Below the pieces are notes generated by a model that made no database searches, had not been told where the DNA came from, and worked only from the letters and a program-made list of their open reading frames with translations. A program made the position numbers and the translations under genes. From the NCBI GenBank assembly GCA_963850865.1, contig CAWKMZ010000007.1, positions 282,845 to 346,844 of the forward strand: DNA of 64,000 bases, in the 5' to 3' direction. Each line of letters starts with the position of its first letter. Position 1 is the stretch's first letter. Of this stretch, positions 26,666-36,473 are shown in pieces. The stretch comes from an uncultured Acidobacteriaceae bacterium. GTDB taxonomy: Bacteria > Acidobacteriota > Terriglobia > Terriglobales > Acidobacteriaceae.

Positions 26666-27201
26666 GGTATGAGCGTAAAGCATTTTGAGCCCGGAGGGGA
26701 GTGACCGGCGGAGTAACCGGTAAAAGCGTGCCGAGATCAGTCGCTTAAAAGCTGAATCGGAGTGATTCCGTCGCTGCTTTCGCATCGGCTTGAGACTCAA
26801 GCCGGTGCTGCGTTTCGCCGATAATGTGAATGACATCGTTCGGGCAGCGAGAGCACTCGGAGCCGGAATCCCGTTCTTTGTTTGCGGGTGGAATTGCGCC
26901 TTTGCAGACGGCGGAATCGGGCTGCCAAGGAATCGGGCAGCAGCGGAGATTGAGCCGGCGGGAACCCAAATCTGCGGCCTCGGCTAGTGAGCGCAAGCTG
27001 CTCGCCGGGGCTCCCCGCCTATCCGAATTGGGCTGCGAGCCACTCTCCGATCGCCGGCCGAATGAAATAAGGGAGTTTTCATCTTCATTCGCGATCGCCC
27101 CTGTACAGTTATTCTGGAATGACAGCCGTCCCGGCTGAGCAGTAGCGGTGAATCCAAACGATGAGCCGTAACCCAGCAACCAACCGCGGAGAGAGATCGG
27201 C

Positions 27202-28608
27202 ATGAGCGCGCAAGAGTATGACCTGGTTGTCATCGGTTCCGGCCCGGCGGGGCAGCGCGCCGCGGTGGCCGCGGCCAAGATGGGCAAGCGCGTGGCTGTT
27301 GTCGAGGCCCGCTCGGTGGTTGGGGGCGTGTGCATCAACACCGGGACCATCCCTTCTAAAACCATGCGCGAGGCGGTGCTGCATCTCTCGGGATACAACT
27401 ACCGATCGATCTATGGCGTGAACTACAAGGTGAAAGAAAAGATCACCATGGCGGACCTGGCCTTTCGGGTTCAGGCTGTTATCAAGACGGAAGTGGACGT
27501 GACCGAGGCGCAGCTCTCGCGCAACGGCATTGACGTGGTGCACGGCATCGCGCACTTTCTCGATCCCCACCAGGTTCGCGTGGAGGGGCCGCAGGGCGAT
27601 TCAACGCTGGCGGCGAGCCAGATCATCATCGCCGTCGGCACCAAGCCCGCCATTTCAGACAAAGTGCCGGTAAACGGCAAGACCATCGTCAACAGCGACC
27701 AGATTATGGGCCTGGACGTACTTCCCAAGACGCTTATCGTCGTGGGCGGCGGCGTGATCGGCGTGGAGTATGCATGCATGTTCGCGGTGCTGGGTGTGCG
27801 CGTGACCTTGATCGAAAAACGCAACCGGCTGCTTGAGTTTGCCGATCAGGAGATTATTGAGGCGCTCAGCTATCACCTGCGCGATGCGCGGGTAACCATG
27901 CGGCTGGGCGAAGAGGTAGAAAGCGTGGAGGAACCGACGCCGGGCACGGTGGTTGCCAACCTTCAAAGCAAGAAAAAGGTGTCGGGCGACGCGCTGCTCT
28001 ACGCGGTGGGCCGCCAGGGCAACGTGGACGACCTGAACCTGGCGGCAGCCGGCCTGGAAGCGGACAAGCGCGGTCGTATCGCAGTAGACGAGCACTACCA
28101 GACCAAAGTCGGACATATTTATGCCGTAGGCGACGTGGTGGGATTTCCCTCGCTGGCGTCCGTTTCAATGGAGCAGGGACGCATCGCGGCGGTTCGCGCC
28201 TTCGGAGACAAAACGGCGAGCTCGAACCCCAGTTTTTATCCCTATGGCATCTACACCATCCCCGAGATCAGCTTCATCGGCAAGACCGAGGAGCAATTGA
28301 CCGGCGAAGATGTGCCATACGAAGTGGGCATGGCCTACTATCGCGAGGTGGCTCGCGGACAAATTCGCGGCGACACGACGGGAAGGCTCAAGCTCATCTT
28401 TCATCGCGACACGCTGAAGGTGCTGGGCGTGCACATCATCGGCGAGGGAGCCAGTGAGCTGGTGCATATCGGGCAGGCGGTGATGACGCTGGACGGCACC
28501 GTCAACTACTTCATCGACACGGTGTTTAACTACCCGACGCTCGCGGAGTGCTACAAAGTAGCGGCGTTTAATGGCCTGGGCCGGTTGCACAAATACCAGT
28601 CAGAGTAG
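27202..28608 (+). CDS. sthA: Soluble pyridine nucleotide transhydrogenase (SthA-like flavoprotein)
   Basis: Has GSGPAG at the start, GVCINTGTIPSK, and YTIPEISFIGKTEEQL...PYEVG...NYPTLAECYKVAA. These match E. coli SthA along the whole length as I recall it. Confidence 0.88.
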   Translation: MSAQEYDLVVIGSGPAGQRAAVAAAKMGKRVAVVEARSVVGGVCINTGTIPSKTMREAVLHLSGYNYRSIYGVNYKVKEKITMADLAFRVQAVIKTEVDVTEAQLSRNGIDVVHGIAHFLDPHQVRVEGPQGDSTLAASQIIIAVGTKPAISDKVPVNGKTIVNSDQIMGLDVLPKTLIVVGGGVIGVEYACMFAVLGVRVTLIEKRNRLLEFADQEIIEALSYHLRDARVTMRLGEEVESVEEPTPGTVVANLQSKKKVSGDALLYAVGRQGNVDDLNLAAAGLEADKRGRIAVDEHYQTKVGHIYAVGDVVGFPSLASVSMEQGRIAAVRAFGDKTASSNPSFYPYGIYTIPEISFIGKTEEQLTGEDVPYEVGMAYYREVARGQIRGDTTGRLKLIFHRDTLKVLGVHIIGEGASELVHIGQAVMTLDGTVNYFIDTVFNYPTLAECYKVAAFNGLGRLHKYQSE

Positions 28609-28738
28609 AAACCGGCTGTCAGCTCTTCGCTTCTTTTTCACGACATGAACGCCATTGGATTTTCCGGAATAGGGACTGTTGGCTGATTATGACCGGGCAA
28701 AATCGGAAACTTCTCTCCGCTTCCCTGAGGAGGGCGCA

Positions 28739-29650
28739 ATGACCACGGCAATCGGCGCCGTAATGACCAGCCACATTGTTATAGGCAGGCTGGAGGATCA
28801 ACGGCTGACGGGCAAGCTGCTCCGCTATCCCGAAGATCCAGAGTTGACGAATGAGCTCGACGCAGTTCCTGGCAGCGAACTCGTCGAAATCCTTGCCGAG
28901 CGGATCGACGAGCTTGCAGGCGGAAAGGCCGGCGGCGGGGCTGGGAGGGCCGATGCGATCGGCGTGGCGGTGCCGGGAATCGTGCGCTCCGGAGTCATTG
29001 AGGAGTCGCCCAATCTAAAGCAATTGAAAGGCATGCGTTTGGCCGATGAGCTGGCGGCTGCGCTCACGGCGCGCGGAATCGTGGCGCCGGTGCACATCGC
29101 CAATGATGCGGACGCCATCGCCGCCGGCGTGGCCGCGACGCGCGGAAAGCTGGATAAACTCACACGGGTATGGACGATCGGCAAAGGCATCGGCTATGGC
29201 CGCTGGCCGTATGCGGACGGTGTTTGGGAAGGCGGGCATATCACCGTGACGCTCGACCCCAAGGAGCGCTACTGCGGCTGCGGCGGCGCGGGTCACCTGG
29301 AGGGCATTATGGGCCATCGTGCCATGCGCCTGCGTTTCCTCGACCTGGAGCCGGAAGAAGTCTTCGCCAACGCCAAGCAGGGCGATACGCGCTGCCGTGA
29401 GTTTGTCGATCTATGGCATCGCGCTCTGGCAGCGGCGACTGCATCATTCATCCATCTGGCCGGGCCGGGGCGCTTCTATTTTACGGGAAGCAATGTCGGA
29501 TTTCTCGATTTGGAAAGATTGCGGAGCCACATGGAAACCATGGTGCGAATGAGCCCGCTGCAAAGCTTCTCATTGGAGATTCTGCCGCCTGACGACGAGA
29601 CGGCTTTGATCGGTGCGGGAGTGAGCGCGGTGCGAGCGCTGGCGGGGTGA
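28739..29650 (+). CDS. ROK family sugar kinase/regulator-like protein
   Basis: Has ANDADAIAAG and the zinc motif CGCGGAGHLE. A GAGGAGGG RBS precedes ATG 28739. Confidence 0.85.
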   Translation: MTTAIGAVMTSHIVIGRLEDQRLTGKLLRYPEDPELTNELDAVPGSELVEILAERIDELAGGKAGGGAGRADAIGVAVPGIVRSGVIEESPNLKQLKGMRLADELAAALTARGIVAPVHIANDADAIAAGVAATRGKLDKLTRVWTIGKGIGYGRWPYADGVWEGGHITVTLDPKERYCGCGGAGHLEGIMGHRAMRLRFLDLEPEEVFANAKQGDTRCREFVDLWHRALAAATASFIHLAGPGRFYFTGSNVGFLDLERLRSHMETMVRMSPLQSFSLEILPPDDETALIGAGVSAVRALAG

Positions 29651-29692
29651 AGTTGATCAACGGCAGCGCCTGAGTCAGATTTCGATATTGAG

Positions 29693-30094
29693 CTAAGCCC
29701 AATTTTCCACTTTCAGTCCTGGCACGCGGAGGTATTCTCGCGTGTTGTTGGTTACGAGCGTCAATCCCAGGAAGCGGGCGTGGGCAGCGATGAGCAAATC
29801 GTTCGCACCGATTAACCTCCCACGCACCTTGAGAAATGCGCGAATCTGGGCATAATCGATGGCCGCGTCGCTTGGATAATCTAACACCTCAATATGGCGC
29901 AGAAAAGTTTCGAGAGCGCGCCTGTCCTTATCCCGCCGCGGCGACACTTCGACACCATACTCAAGTTCGGATCGGCTGATCACGGAAATGCACACATCAC
30001 CAACGGCTTCCGATTGCAGCCTCCGGATTGCGTGCAGGCTGGATCGATTCATGATGTAAGAAGACGTGTCCGTATCGAGCATGTAACGGAGCAT
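29693..30094 (-). CDS. vapC: PIN-domain toxin VapC
   Basis: Begins MLRYMLDTDTSSYIM and has ...LVTNNTREY. 133 aa. Its ATG overlaps the vapB stop (taATG). Confidence 0.9.
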   Translation of the reverse strand: MLRYMLDTDTSSYIMNRSSLHAIRRLQSEAVGDVCISVISRSELEYGVEVSPRRDKDRRALETFLRHIEVLDYPSDAAIDYAQIRAFLKVRGRLIGANDLLIAAHARFLGLTLVTNNTREYLRVPGLKVENWA

Positions 30095-30321
30095 TAGAAT
30101 TTACGCTCCTGGACGGGCAGCTTCTCCACGTTTTTCATAAATTCTTCGGAGGCTGCCGCATCCGGACTCAAAAGGCCCGACCAATCCGTAGGGCGCGGGG
30201 AAAGGATCACAGCATCGCCTTGTTTGCGAATGAATACTTCCTGGGTGGCGAATTGGAACTCCTTCGGAAGACGAACTGCCTGACTGCGATTGTTCATGAA
30301 GAACTTGGCAGTTTTCGGCAT
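30094..30321 (-). CDS. vapB: AbrB/SpoVT-type antitoxin VapB
   Basis: Begins MPKTAKFFMNNRSQAVRLPKEFQF. A GGGAGGAG RBS lies 5 nt upstream of ATG 30321. Confidence 0.85.
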   Translation of the reverse strand: MPKTAKFFMNNRSQAVRLPKEFQFATQEVFIRKQGDAVILSPRPTDWSGLLSPDAAASEEFMKNVEKLPVQERKF

Positions 30322-30337
30322 ACGCTCCTCCCGCTGG

Positions 30338-30367
30338 CATATACATTTTATCTTCAATCGGTTTCAA
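30338..30367 (-). promoter_or_regulatory. Candidate sigma-70-like promoter for vapBC
   Basis: On the minus strand: TTGAAA (30367-30362), an 18-nt spacer, then TATATG (30343-30338). This is an AT-rich patch in a GC-rich context, identified by motif only. Confidence 0.3.
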
Positions 30368-30770
30368 GTCTGAAAACCTATTCGAAGTCTCCGGAATTTC
30401 GAAATCAATTAGGGCAATCTCGCGGGAAAGTTTGCCCCGGATGCTCCTGAGTGTGTCGAGGAGCTTTTTCATCCTCGTCGGTTTGTCATCATCTGGCCAG
30501 TATTTGGTGGTTTTGCCCACTTTGTACGGCAGCCGATAGCGTTCTCCCATTAACGAAAGCAGCGCAGGGTGTGGATAGGTCTCAATGAGGGCGGGACCCC
30601 CAGGGCATCAATGCTTGTTGCCAGACGGAAGCCACGCACCTCGAACCCTTCCCGAAGGTGCTCGCTCAGAGGCCCCGGTCGTTCCGGCGACGGGCGACGT
30701 GACGTCGACGAGCCCTGACCGCCGAAGGCTTTCGAGAGGAGGCACTTGCGACTATCGGCGCAAGGCATCG
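30358..30770 (-). pseudogene. Remnant of a DUF429-like gene, frameshifted and 3'-truncated at the vapBC cassette
   Basis: One frame reads PALIETYPHPALLSLMGERYRLPYKVGKTTKYWPDDD...LKPIEDK. The upstream part, ...HLREGFEVRGFRLATSIDALGVP, is in another frame. Protein-like sequence stops where the vapB RBS begins. The family call is from memory and tentative. Confidence 0.35.
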
Positions 30771-31196
30771 GCCGAGAATGCGCCCTCGTGCAAGGACGGT
30801 ATATCGCAGCTTGCTGACCACAAGAAGGTGCGACCTGGGAAGCTCTGTGAGTCGCCGGTGCGGCGCGCGGGTCATTTCAGCAGATCTTTGGCCGTCTTGC
30901 CCTATGGGAGTGTGCGATGTCTGCGCGGGAAGGATTCGCAAAACTCGGTGAGCGCGCCTACCAGTGAATCCGGCTTGGGCCTAGCCCGCGCTTCCCGCTC
31001 CCGGTGGACGCATTCCCATGAGTTCCAGAATCAGGCAGTCGTCGACCCAGCCACTCGGCTCGAGCCTTCCTTCCAGAAGCTGCGTTCCGATCCCATGGTC
31101 AGATCATTGCATCGATTTTTCATCAACCGACGTCAGGAGCCATGGTTTTCCGGGATGACCGGTGATTTCATGTTGCAAGCTTTTTGGGGAAGGACG

Positions 31197-32429
31197 CTAC
31201 CGCATTCGCAAATAGGTCTTCGAGAGGCGATCGTGGCCCATGAGACGGTCGTCGTCGAAGAGGGCCCAGACCAACCCTAACCCCAGCGGCAAAACCGAAA
31301 GAAGGAGCGCGGCGAAACGCATGCACCGTTGCCTGCGGCTGGGAAGTCGTCCTTCAAAGGTGCAGATCGCGATGCCTGCGTATCTCATGCCCGGCGTGGA
31401 ACGGTCGAGACCGGCAAACAGCACCTGATAGGCGGCGCCGATGACCAGCACGGCGAGCCCGGTGGCAAGCTCGGCAGTGCGCAGGCCGGGTAAGTGGCCG
31501 GTGCGCGGGACGAACAAGAACGCAAGCGACAGAAAAGCCGCGAGGGTCAGGCTGGCATCGACCACAAGAGCCATCAGGCGAGGGTTCAGTGGCGCGAGTT
31601 TTATGGAACTTTGCTTTGCCCGTGGCGCGTTTTCTTCCCGAAGACTCTCGACTCGTTGGGGCTCGATTTCGGTGCTCGACTCCTCCGCTCGCATCCACAC
31701 CGGCGCGGCAGGTTCGTCGACGGCGGGCGCGGCCTCGGTCGAAATACTCGCTGGATCGACTTCAAAGATGCTCAGCTGAGATTGAGCCGGCGCGTCGGCC
31801 AAGGGGCCTTCGGCGCGCCGCGGACGCATTCTGCGCGTGGCGACCATCAGCCGCGGGAACTGAATGAGATTGGCATAAATGGGCACGCCGGCGTCGTCGG
31901 CGCGAGAGTCGTCGAGCGCCTCCGCCAAGACCTCCGACGGCGCCGGGGCTTCGCGCTCATCGGCTCGTTCTTCAAGCCGGCGCGCCTGCTCAGCCCTCTT
32001 CGCAGCAGAAAACGGTGAACGTTCATCCGGAACGCGCGGTGCGGCCTCTTCATGCGATGCGGGCGCGCTCGATGCTTCAAATTCGGAGTACGATTCCTGC
32101 TCAGGAGCGGCCGCGGCCTCAAGACCGTCGAGCACATACTGTACGGCGGCATGCGCTTGCCGGGCTGCTTCTGATGCCGCTTCAGCCGCACGCATTGCGT
32201 TCCGGGCCTCATCGGCGAGCAGTTCGCTGTAGCTGGGGGCCTGGGCGTATCGTTCGGCCACGCGCGCGGCGGCCTGTGCGGCGCGGCTGCCGTGCATTGG
32301 ACGGCCACCCTGGGCCGGCGCGGACTCGCTTGCAAAGGTCGTCTTGCGGCTCAGGTGCGCGGCGACGCGCCGATTGACCTCCTGCTTCCAGGCCGGAAAA
32401 AGAGTTGCCGTGCTGGCCGATTTACTCAA
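31197..32429 (-). CDS. RDD-domain membrane protein with long Ala/Glu-rich N-terminal region
   Basis: The C-terminal 3-TM RDD domain reads LMALVVDASL...TPGMRYAGI...LFDDDRLMGHDRLSKTYL. Confidence 0.85.
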   Translation of the reverse strand: MSKSASTATLFPAWKQEVNRRVAAHLSRKTTFASESAPAQGGRPMHGSRAAQAAARVAERYAQAPSYSELLADEARNAMRAAEAASEAARQAHAAVQYVLDGLEAAAAPEQESYSEFEASSAPASHEEAAPRVPDERSPFSAAKRAEQARRLEERADEREAPAPSEVLAEALDDSRADDAGVPIYANLIQFPRLMVATRRMRPRRAEGPLADAPAQSQLSIFEVDPASISTEAAPAVDEPAAPVWMRAEESSTEIEPQRVESLREENAPRAKQSSIKLAPLNPRLMALVVDASLTLAAFLSLAFLFVPRTGHLPGLRTAELATGLAVLVIGAAYQVLFAGLDRSTPGMRYAGIAICTFEGRLPSRRQRCMRFAALLLSVLPLGLGLVWALFDDDRLMGHDRLSKTYLRMR

Positions 32430-32685
32430 CGCTCACTTTTCCCTTCCGCCGCGGTGGTTCCTGCGTGCCGGCTCACGCTGCCGGTTCCACTCGCGCACGA
32501 GCACGAGATCTGCATGGAACGGCAAAGGAGATTGTTTTTGAACCAAGGAGGAGAATTGCGGATTGATAAAGGCGTCACCGCGATATTTGGCCCCGTCTTC
32601 GTGGAATCAACCCGATTTTTTTCTAAGTTACCAGTGCTTCAAGATCACATCCCAATCCACGCAGCCGGCTTTGCTATGCTGAGCC

Positions 32686-35259
32686 TTGCACCGTTCATGG
32701 ACTTGGATGTGCCCTCGTAACTTAGTATGTATCACGCTGCTTGCTGTCTGTCACCTGCGACTGGGCGCACAGACCGCCCCAGTGTTGACTAAAGCGATAC
32801 CTGCCTCGCAAAGTGAGACAAGCGTCGCCCATGAGAGCGTCGCGTCCCCTGCTTCGGTTGCATTGCCAAACGATCCTGGACAGGAACTTATCCCTTTAGC
32901 GCAGCCGGAGCCAGTCCCCGCTAACGGGACTCCGGTCGAGTGGGACGCCAAGCACCAGGAGTGGGCCGGGGATACCTTGACGCTGACCGGCGATGTGGTC
33001 GTCCACTACGAGGACTACGTTCTTCAAGCGGACAGCGTGGTCTACAACAGGAAGACAACCGAGCTTGAGGCGGATGGCCACCTGCAGTTGTCGGGCGGAC
33101 CCAACGATGTACTCATCCACGCCACGCACGGCGACATGCGGCTGAATATGCATACCGCGCGCTTCTACGACGTGAGCGGCTCGCAGGGCGTGCGCACGAT
33201 GGGGCACGCGGTGGTGTATTCGACCCCGACACCGCTGCTGTTTTCCGGCAGGGTACTGCTCGAGACGGGCGAAGGCAAATTCAGAGTGATCGATGGCTCG
33301 ATCACGAATTGCCAGCTTCCGCACCCCGATTGGCGAATCATTGCGCATACCATCGCACTGGATAACGACAGGGCTTCGACGTCGAATGCGTTCTTTGAGT
33401 TTCTCGGCATCCCGATCTTCTACATACCTTATCTGCAGCATGCGGCGAACGAGACGGGACGCGTGACCGGGTTTATGATCCCGTTCGTCGGCAACTCTTC
33501 CATCAAGGGCTACGTGCTGGGCGAACAGGTGTACTGGGCAATCAACCGCAGCATGGACGCATCGGTAGGCGTGGAGTACTACAGCAAGCGCGGATGGGCG
33601 CCCAATGGCGACTTCCGTTACAAGGGAGCGGGGCTTGACCACCTGACCGCGCGCTGGAGCGCGCTCATCGACCGCGGAATTGAAGAGCCAACCACCAACA
33701 CGCAAACCGGCCAGGTCAGCGACCAGCTCGTCAACCAGGGCGGCGTCGACATAGGGCTGACGGGACGAAAAGATTGGTCGCCTTCGACTCGAGTTGCGGG
33801 GACCGTCGAGTACTTGTCGAGCTACGTCTACCGGCTGGTCTTCAATGACAACTACTCGCAGGCCACCAGCTCCGAGGTCGCGAGCGACGTTGTGCTGACG
33901 CATAATCACGACGGCGCGATACCCGCTGCCTGGCTGGACCGCTTCCAATCGTTCGCCGGGACGGCAAATGGAGACGAGGTAAAGATTCTTCGCTTGCCTC
34001 TGCTCCGCTACGACGTGCTGGATCGGCCGCTTGGAGATTCGCGTCTCAACTGGGGATTGGGATCTTCGCTGGGCTATTTAAATCGCTCCGAGCCGTTCTT
34101 TCATTCCCGGAACGTGGTTCGAGCCGACGTCTACCCTCATCTTTCCATGCCGTTCACTGCGGGAGGATGGAGCTTCGTTCCCGAGGTCGCCCTGCGCGAC
34201 ACTGCGTATACCATCAGCCAGACGCCAACGCTGACGGGTCCTTTTACGGTTCCGCAGATTAGTCACAGCGCACTGAACCGCGCCGACCTTGAAGCATCTG
34301 TTGACATCCGGCCACCCGCGCTGGAGCGCGACTTTCAGCTTCCGATGGGTCACCGCGAGCTGCGACATGTGATTGAACCTGAGCTGACCTACCACTATGT
34401 CGGCGGAATCGGGGCGCAGGCCCGCAACGTGCTTCTCTTCGATACGACCGACATCGCCACCGACGTGAACGAAGCGGGATTCTCGCTGACGCAGAGGTTC
34501 TACCTGCGGCCGACCGAAGAACGGCCCTGCAAGACGGATGATGACGATGACTCCACGAGCGACGGAAAATCACAGGCTTGCCCCGATGCGCGGCGTGAAT
34601 GGGCGACGTGGCAAATTGCGCAGGAGTTTTTCATCGACCCCAACTTCGGCGGCGCGGTGATTTCGGGGAGGCGCAATGTTTTCGACGCGACACTGGATCT
34701 GATGGCGCCGACTTTTCTGACTTCGCCGCGCAACATTGCGCCCGTAGTTTCGCGCATGCGTTTTGAAGCGATTGATAACCTGCGCGTCGAATGGGATCTG
34801 GATTACGATTCGATCGCGGGACGCATCGCCGCCAATAATCTTTTTGCGGGATATAGCTTTGGCCGGACAACCCTGGGGATTGGCCACGCTCTGCTCAACG
34901 CACCTGACGAACAAACGAGCAGCGTCAGCAACGTCACCTCCGTCATCAAGAGCCAGCAGTTGCAGCCTTTCCTGGAGTTCGGCAAACAGAGCGGCAAGGG
35001 ATTCAACCTGGCGGCGAACGGCGGCTACGATTTCGTCCAGCACGAGATACAGTACGCCGGCGTGCAGGCGGTCTACAACTGGAACTGCTGCGGCTTGACG
35101 GCCGGTTACAGACGCTACGAGCTGGGCACGGTGGGATCAACAAGTCGCGACGAAACGCAGTGGCTCTACAGCTTCACGCTGGCTAACTTCGGCTCGGTGG
35201 GCGACATCCGGCGCGCCAACTCAGTCTTCCGCGATTCGACGCTGCCGCCGGCGTATTAG
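32686..35259 (+). CDS. lptD: LPS-assembly outer-membrane protein LptD
   Basis: 857 aa with a signal peptide, an OstA-like N-terminal domain and a large beta-barrel ending in an aromatic residue (PPAY). A surA-like gene lies downstream. Confidence 0.88.
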   Translation: MHRSWTWMCPRNLVCITLLAVCHLRLGAQTAPVLTKAIPASQSETSVAHESVASPASVALPNDPGQELIPLAQPEPVPANGTPVEWDAKHQEWAGDTLTLTGDVVVHYEDYVLQADSVVYNRKTTELEADGHLQLSGGPNDVLIHATHGDMRLNMHTARFYDVSGSQGVRTMGHAVVYSTPTPLLFSGRVLLETGEGKFRVIDGSITNCQLPHPDWRIIAHTIALDNDRASTSNAFFEFLGIPIFYIPYLQHAANETGRVTGFMIPFVGNSSIKGYVLGEQVYWAINRSMDASVGVEYYSKRGWAPNGDFRYKGAGLDHLTARWSALIDRGIEEPTTNTQTGQVSDQLVNQGGVDIGLTGRKDWSPSTRVAGTVEYLSSYVYRLVFNDNYSQATSSEVASDVVLTHNHDGAIPAAWLDRFQSFAGTANGDEVKILRLPLLRYDVLDRPLGDSRLNWGLGSSLGYLNRSEPFFHSRNVVRADVYPHLSMPFTAGGWSFVPEVALRDTAYTISQTPTLTGPFTVPQISHSALNRADLEASVDIRPPALERDFQLPMGHRELRHVIEPELTYHYVGGIGAQARNVLLFDTTDIATDVNEAGFSLTQRFYLRPTEERPCKTDDDDDSTSDGKSQACPDARREWATWQIAQEFFIDPNFGGAVISGRRNVFDATLDLMAPTFLTSPRNIAPVVSRMRFEAIDNLRVEWDLDYDSIAGRIAANNLFAGYSFGRTTLGIGHALLNAPDEQTSSVSNVTSVIKSQQLQPFLEFGKQSGKGFNLAANGGYDFVQHEIQYAGVQAVYNWNCCGLTAGYRRYELGTVGSTSRDETQWLYSFTLANFGSVGDIRRANSVFRDSTLPPAY

Positions 35260-35458
35260 AGAGCGTACTTCATGATTAGCGGCTCGTGCATTGTGGCCAT
35301 GGATCAGTTGTCGGCAGCAGGCGTGAAGGCCGTTCGCTACCTGCATGGTTGTGGTTGCTTTTTGCTAAGTGGAGCGTCCTTCTATTACCTCGACGTAATC
35401 GAGCGCAGAGGGTCGCCAAGTGCCCTGCTGGAGTATCCTTTGCTGAGAGGAAAAACCA

Positions 35459-36400
35459 TTGTTACGCTTTCGTTTTCTGGCGGGCCTGCTTGTTCTGGGC
35501 CTGACCGCGGGTTGCAGAGCCCAAAGCACGACGCCTGCCGGGCCCGACCCTGCCCTTAACCGGCGCATTGAGATTCTGGTCCGTTCTCAATACGAGATGC
35601 CGCCGGACGTGACAATCAGCCTTGGCGCCCGAACTCCCAGCCAGTTCACCGGTTATGAGACGCTGCCGGTCACCATCACACGCGGCTCCAAGTCTCAGGT
35701 CGTCAACTTCCTCATCTCTGCCGACGGCACAAAGCTCGTCCATCTGGATACATTCGACCTGACAAAGGATCCTGCTGACGCCATTCCGATCGCGGGACGC
35801 CCGATTCGAGGCAACCCCACCGCGAAGGTGACTGTAATCAACTTCGACGACCTGGAGTGTCCGTATTGCGCGCGGCTGCACGAGGAGCTGTTTCCGGCAA
35901 CGCTTGAGCGTTACAAAGACCTGGTGCGGTTTGTTTACAAGGACGATCCGCTGAGTGAGATACACCCGTGGGCCATGCATGCGGCGGTGGATGCCAATTG
36001 CCTGGCAGCGGAGAGCACCGATGTTTACTGGACCTACGTGGATTACCTTCACGCACATGGGGACGAGGTCACGGGCGACGATCGGGATTTGAAAAAAAGC
36101 TTCGCCGCGCTTGATCGCATCGCCCATCAGGAGGCGACATTGGGCAAGCTCGACGAGACCACTCTCAATGCCTGCCTGGCCAAGCAGGACGAAACACAGA
36201 TTCGCGCGTCGGCCAAGCTGGCCGAGGACCTGGGAATCGATGGGACGCCGGCGGTCTACGTGAACGGGGAGCGTGTGAACGGCGGCGCGGTTCCCCAGAA
36301 CGAGCTTTGGATGGCAATTGACCGCGCTGTGGTGGCCGCAGGCGAGCAACCCCCGCCAACCCAGGCGGCGTCGACGCCGACGCCGGCCGGAGCTAACTGA
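35459..36400 (+). CDS. DsbA-family thioredoxin-fold lipoprotein
   Basis: Has the lipobox LGLTAGC and the CPYC active site (ECPYCARLH). TTG start with GAGAGG upstream. Confidence 0.85.
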   Translation: MLRFRFLAGLLVLGLTAGCRAQSTTPAGPDPALNRRIEILVRSQYEMPPDVTISLGARTPSQFTGYETLPVTITRGSKSQVVNFLISADGTKLVHLDTFDLTKDPADAIPIAGRPIRGNPTAKVTVINFDDLECPYCARLHEELFPATLERYKDLVRFVYKDDPLSEIHPWAMHAAVDANCLAAESTDVYWTYVDYLHAHGDEVTGDDRDLKKSFAALDRIAHQEATLGKLDETTLNACLAKQDETQIRASAKLAEDLGIDGTPAVYVNGERVNGGAVPQNELWMAIDRAVVAAGEQPPPTQAASTPTPAGAN

Positions 36401-36473
36401 TAACGCCTTCGGGGACTATCCGCGTGCCACAGGCGGGATTTATCCTAGTAGGCCGGGGGGTTTAGTGAACCCC

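Noticed and set aside
26745-27398. 217-aa minus-strand ORF across the yceD-sthA spacer and into sthA
   Set aside because: It overlaps the strongly supported sthA N-terminus in antisense. No motif is present.
30585-31280. 231-aa plus-strand ORF in the decayed region upstream of vapB
   Set aside because: Its composition is Arg/Ser/Pro-rich and non-protein-like. It overlaps the RDD gene's 3' end, and the minus strand carries the recognisable gene remnant.
32896-33948. 350-aa minus-strand ORF inside lptD
   Set aside because: It is an antisense shadow ORF. It is Arg-rich, no family is recognised, and the lptD frame is unambiguous.
35462-36349. 295-aa minus-strand ORF opposite the DsbA-like gene
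   Set aside because: It is an antisense shadow ORF. The plus frame has a lipobox and a CPYC active site.
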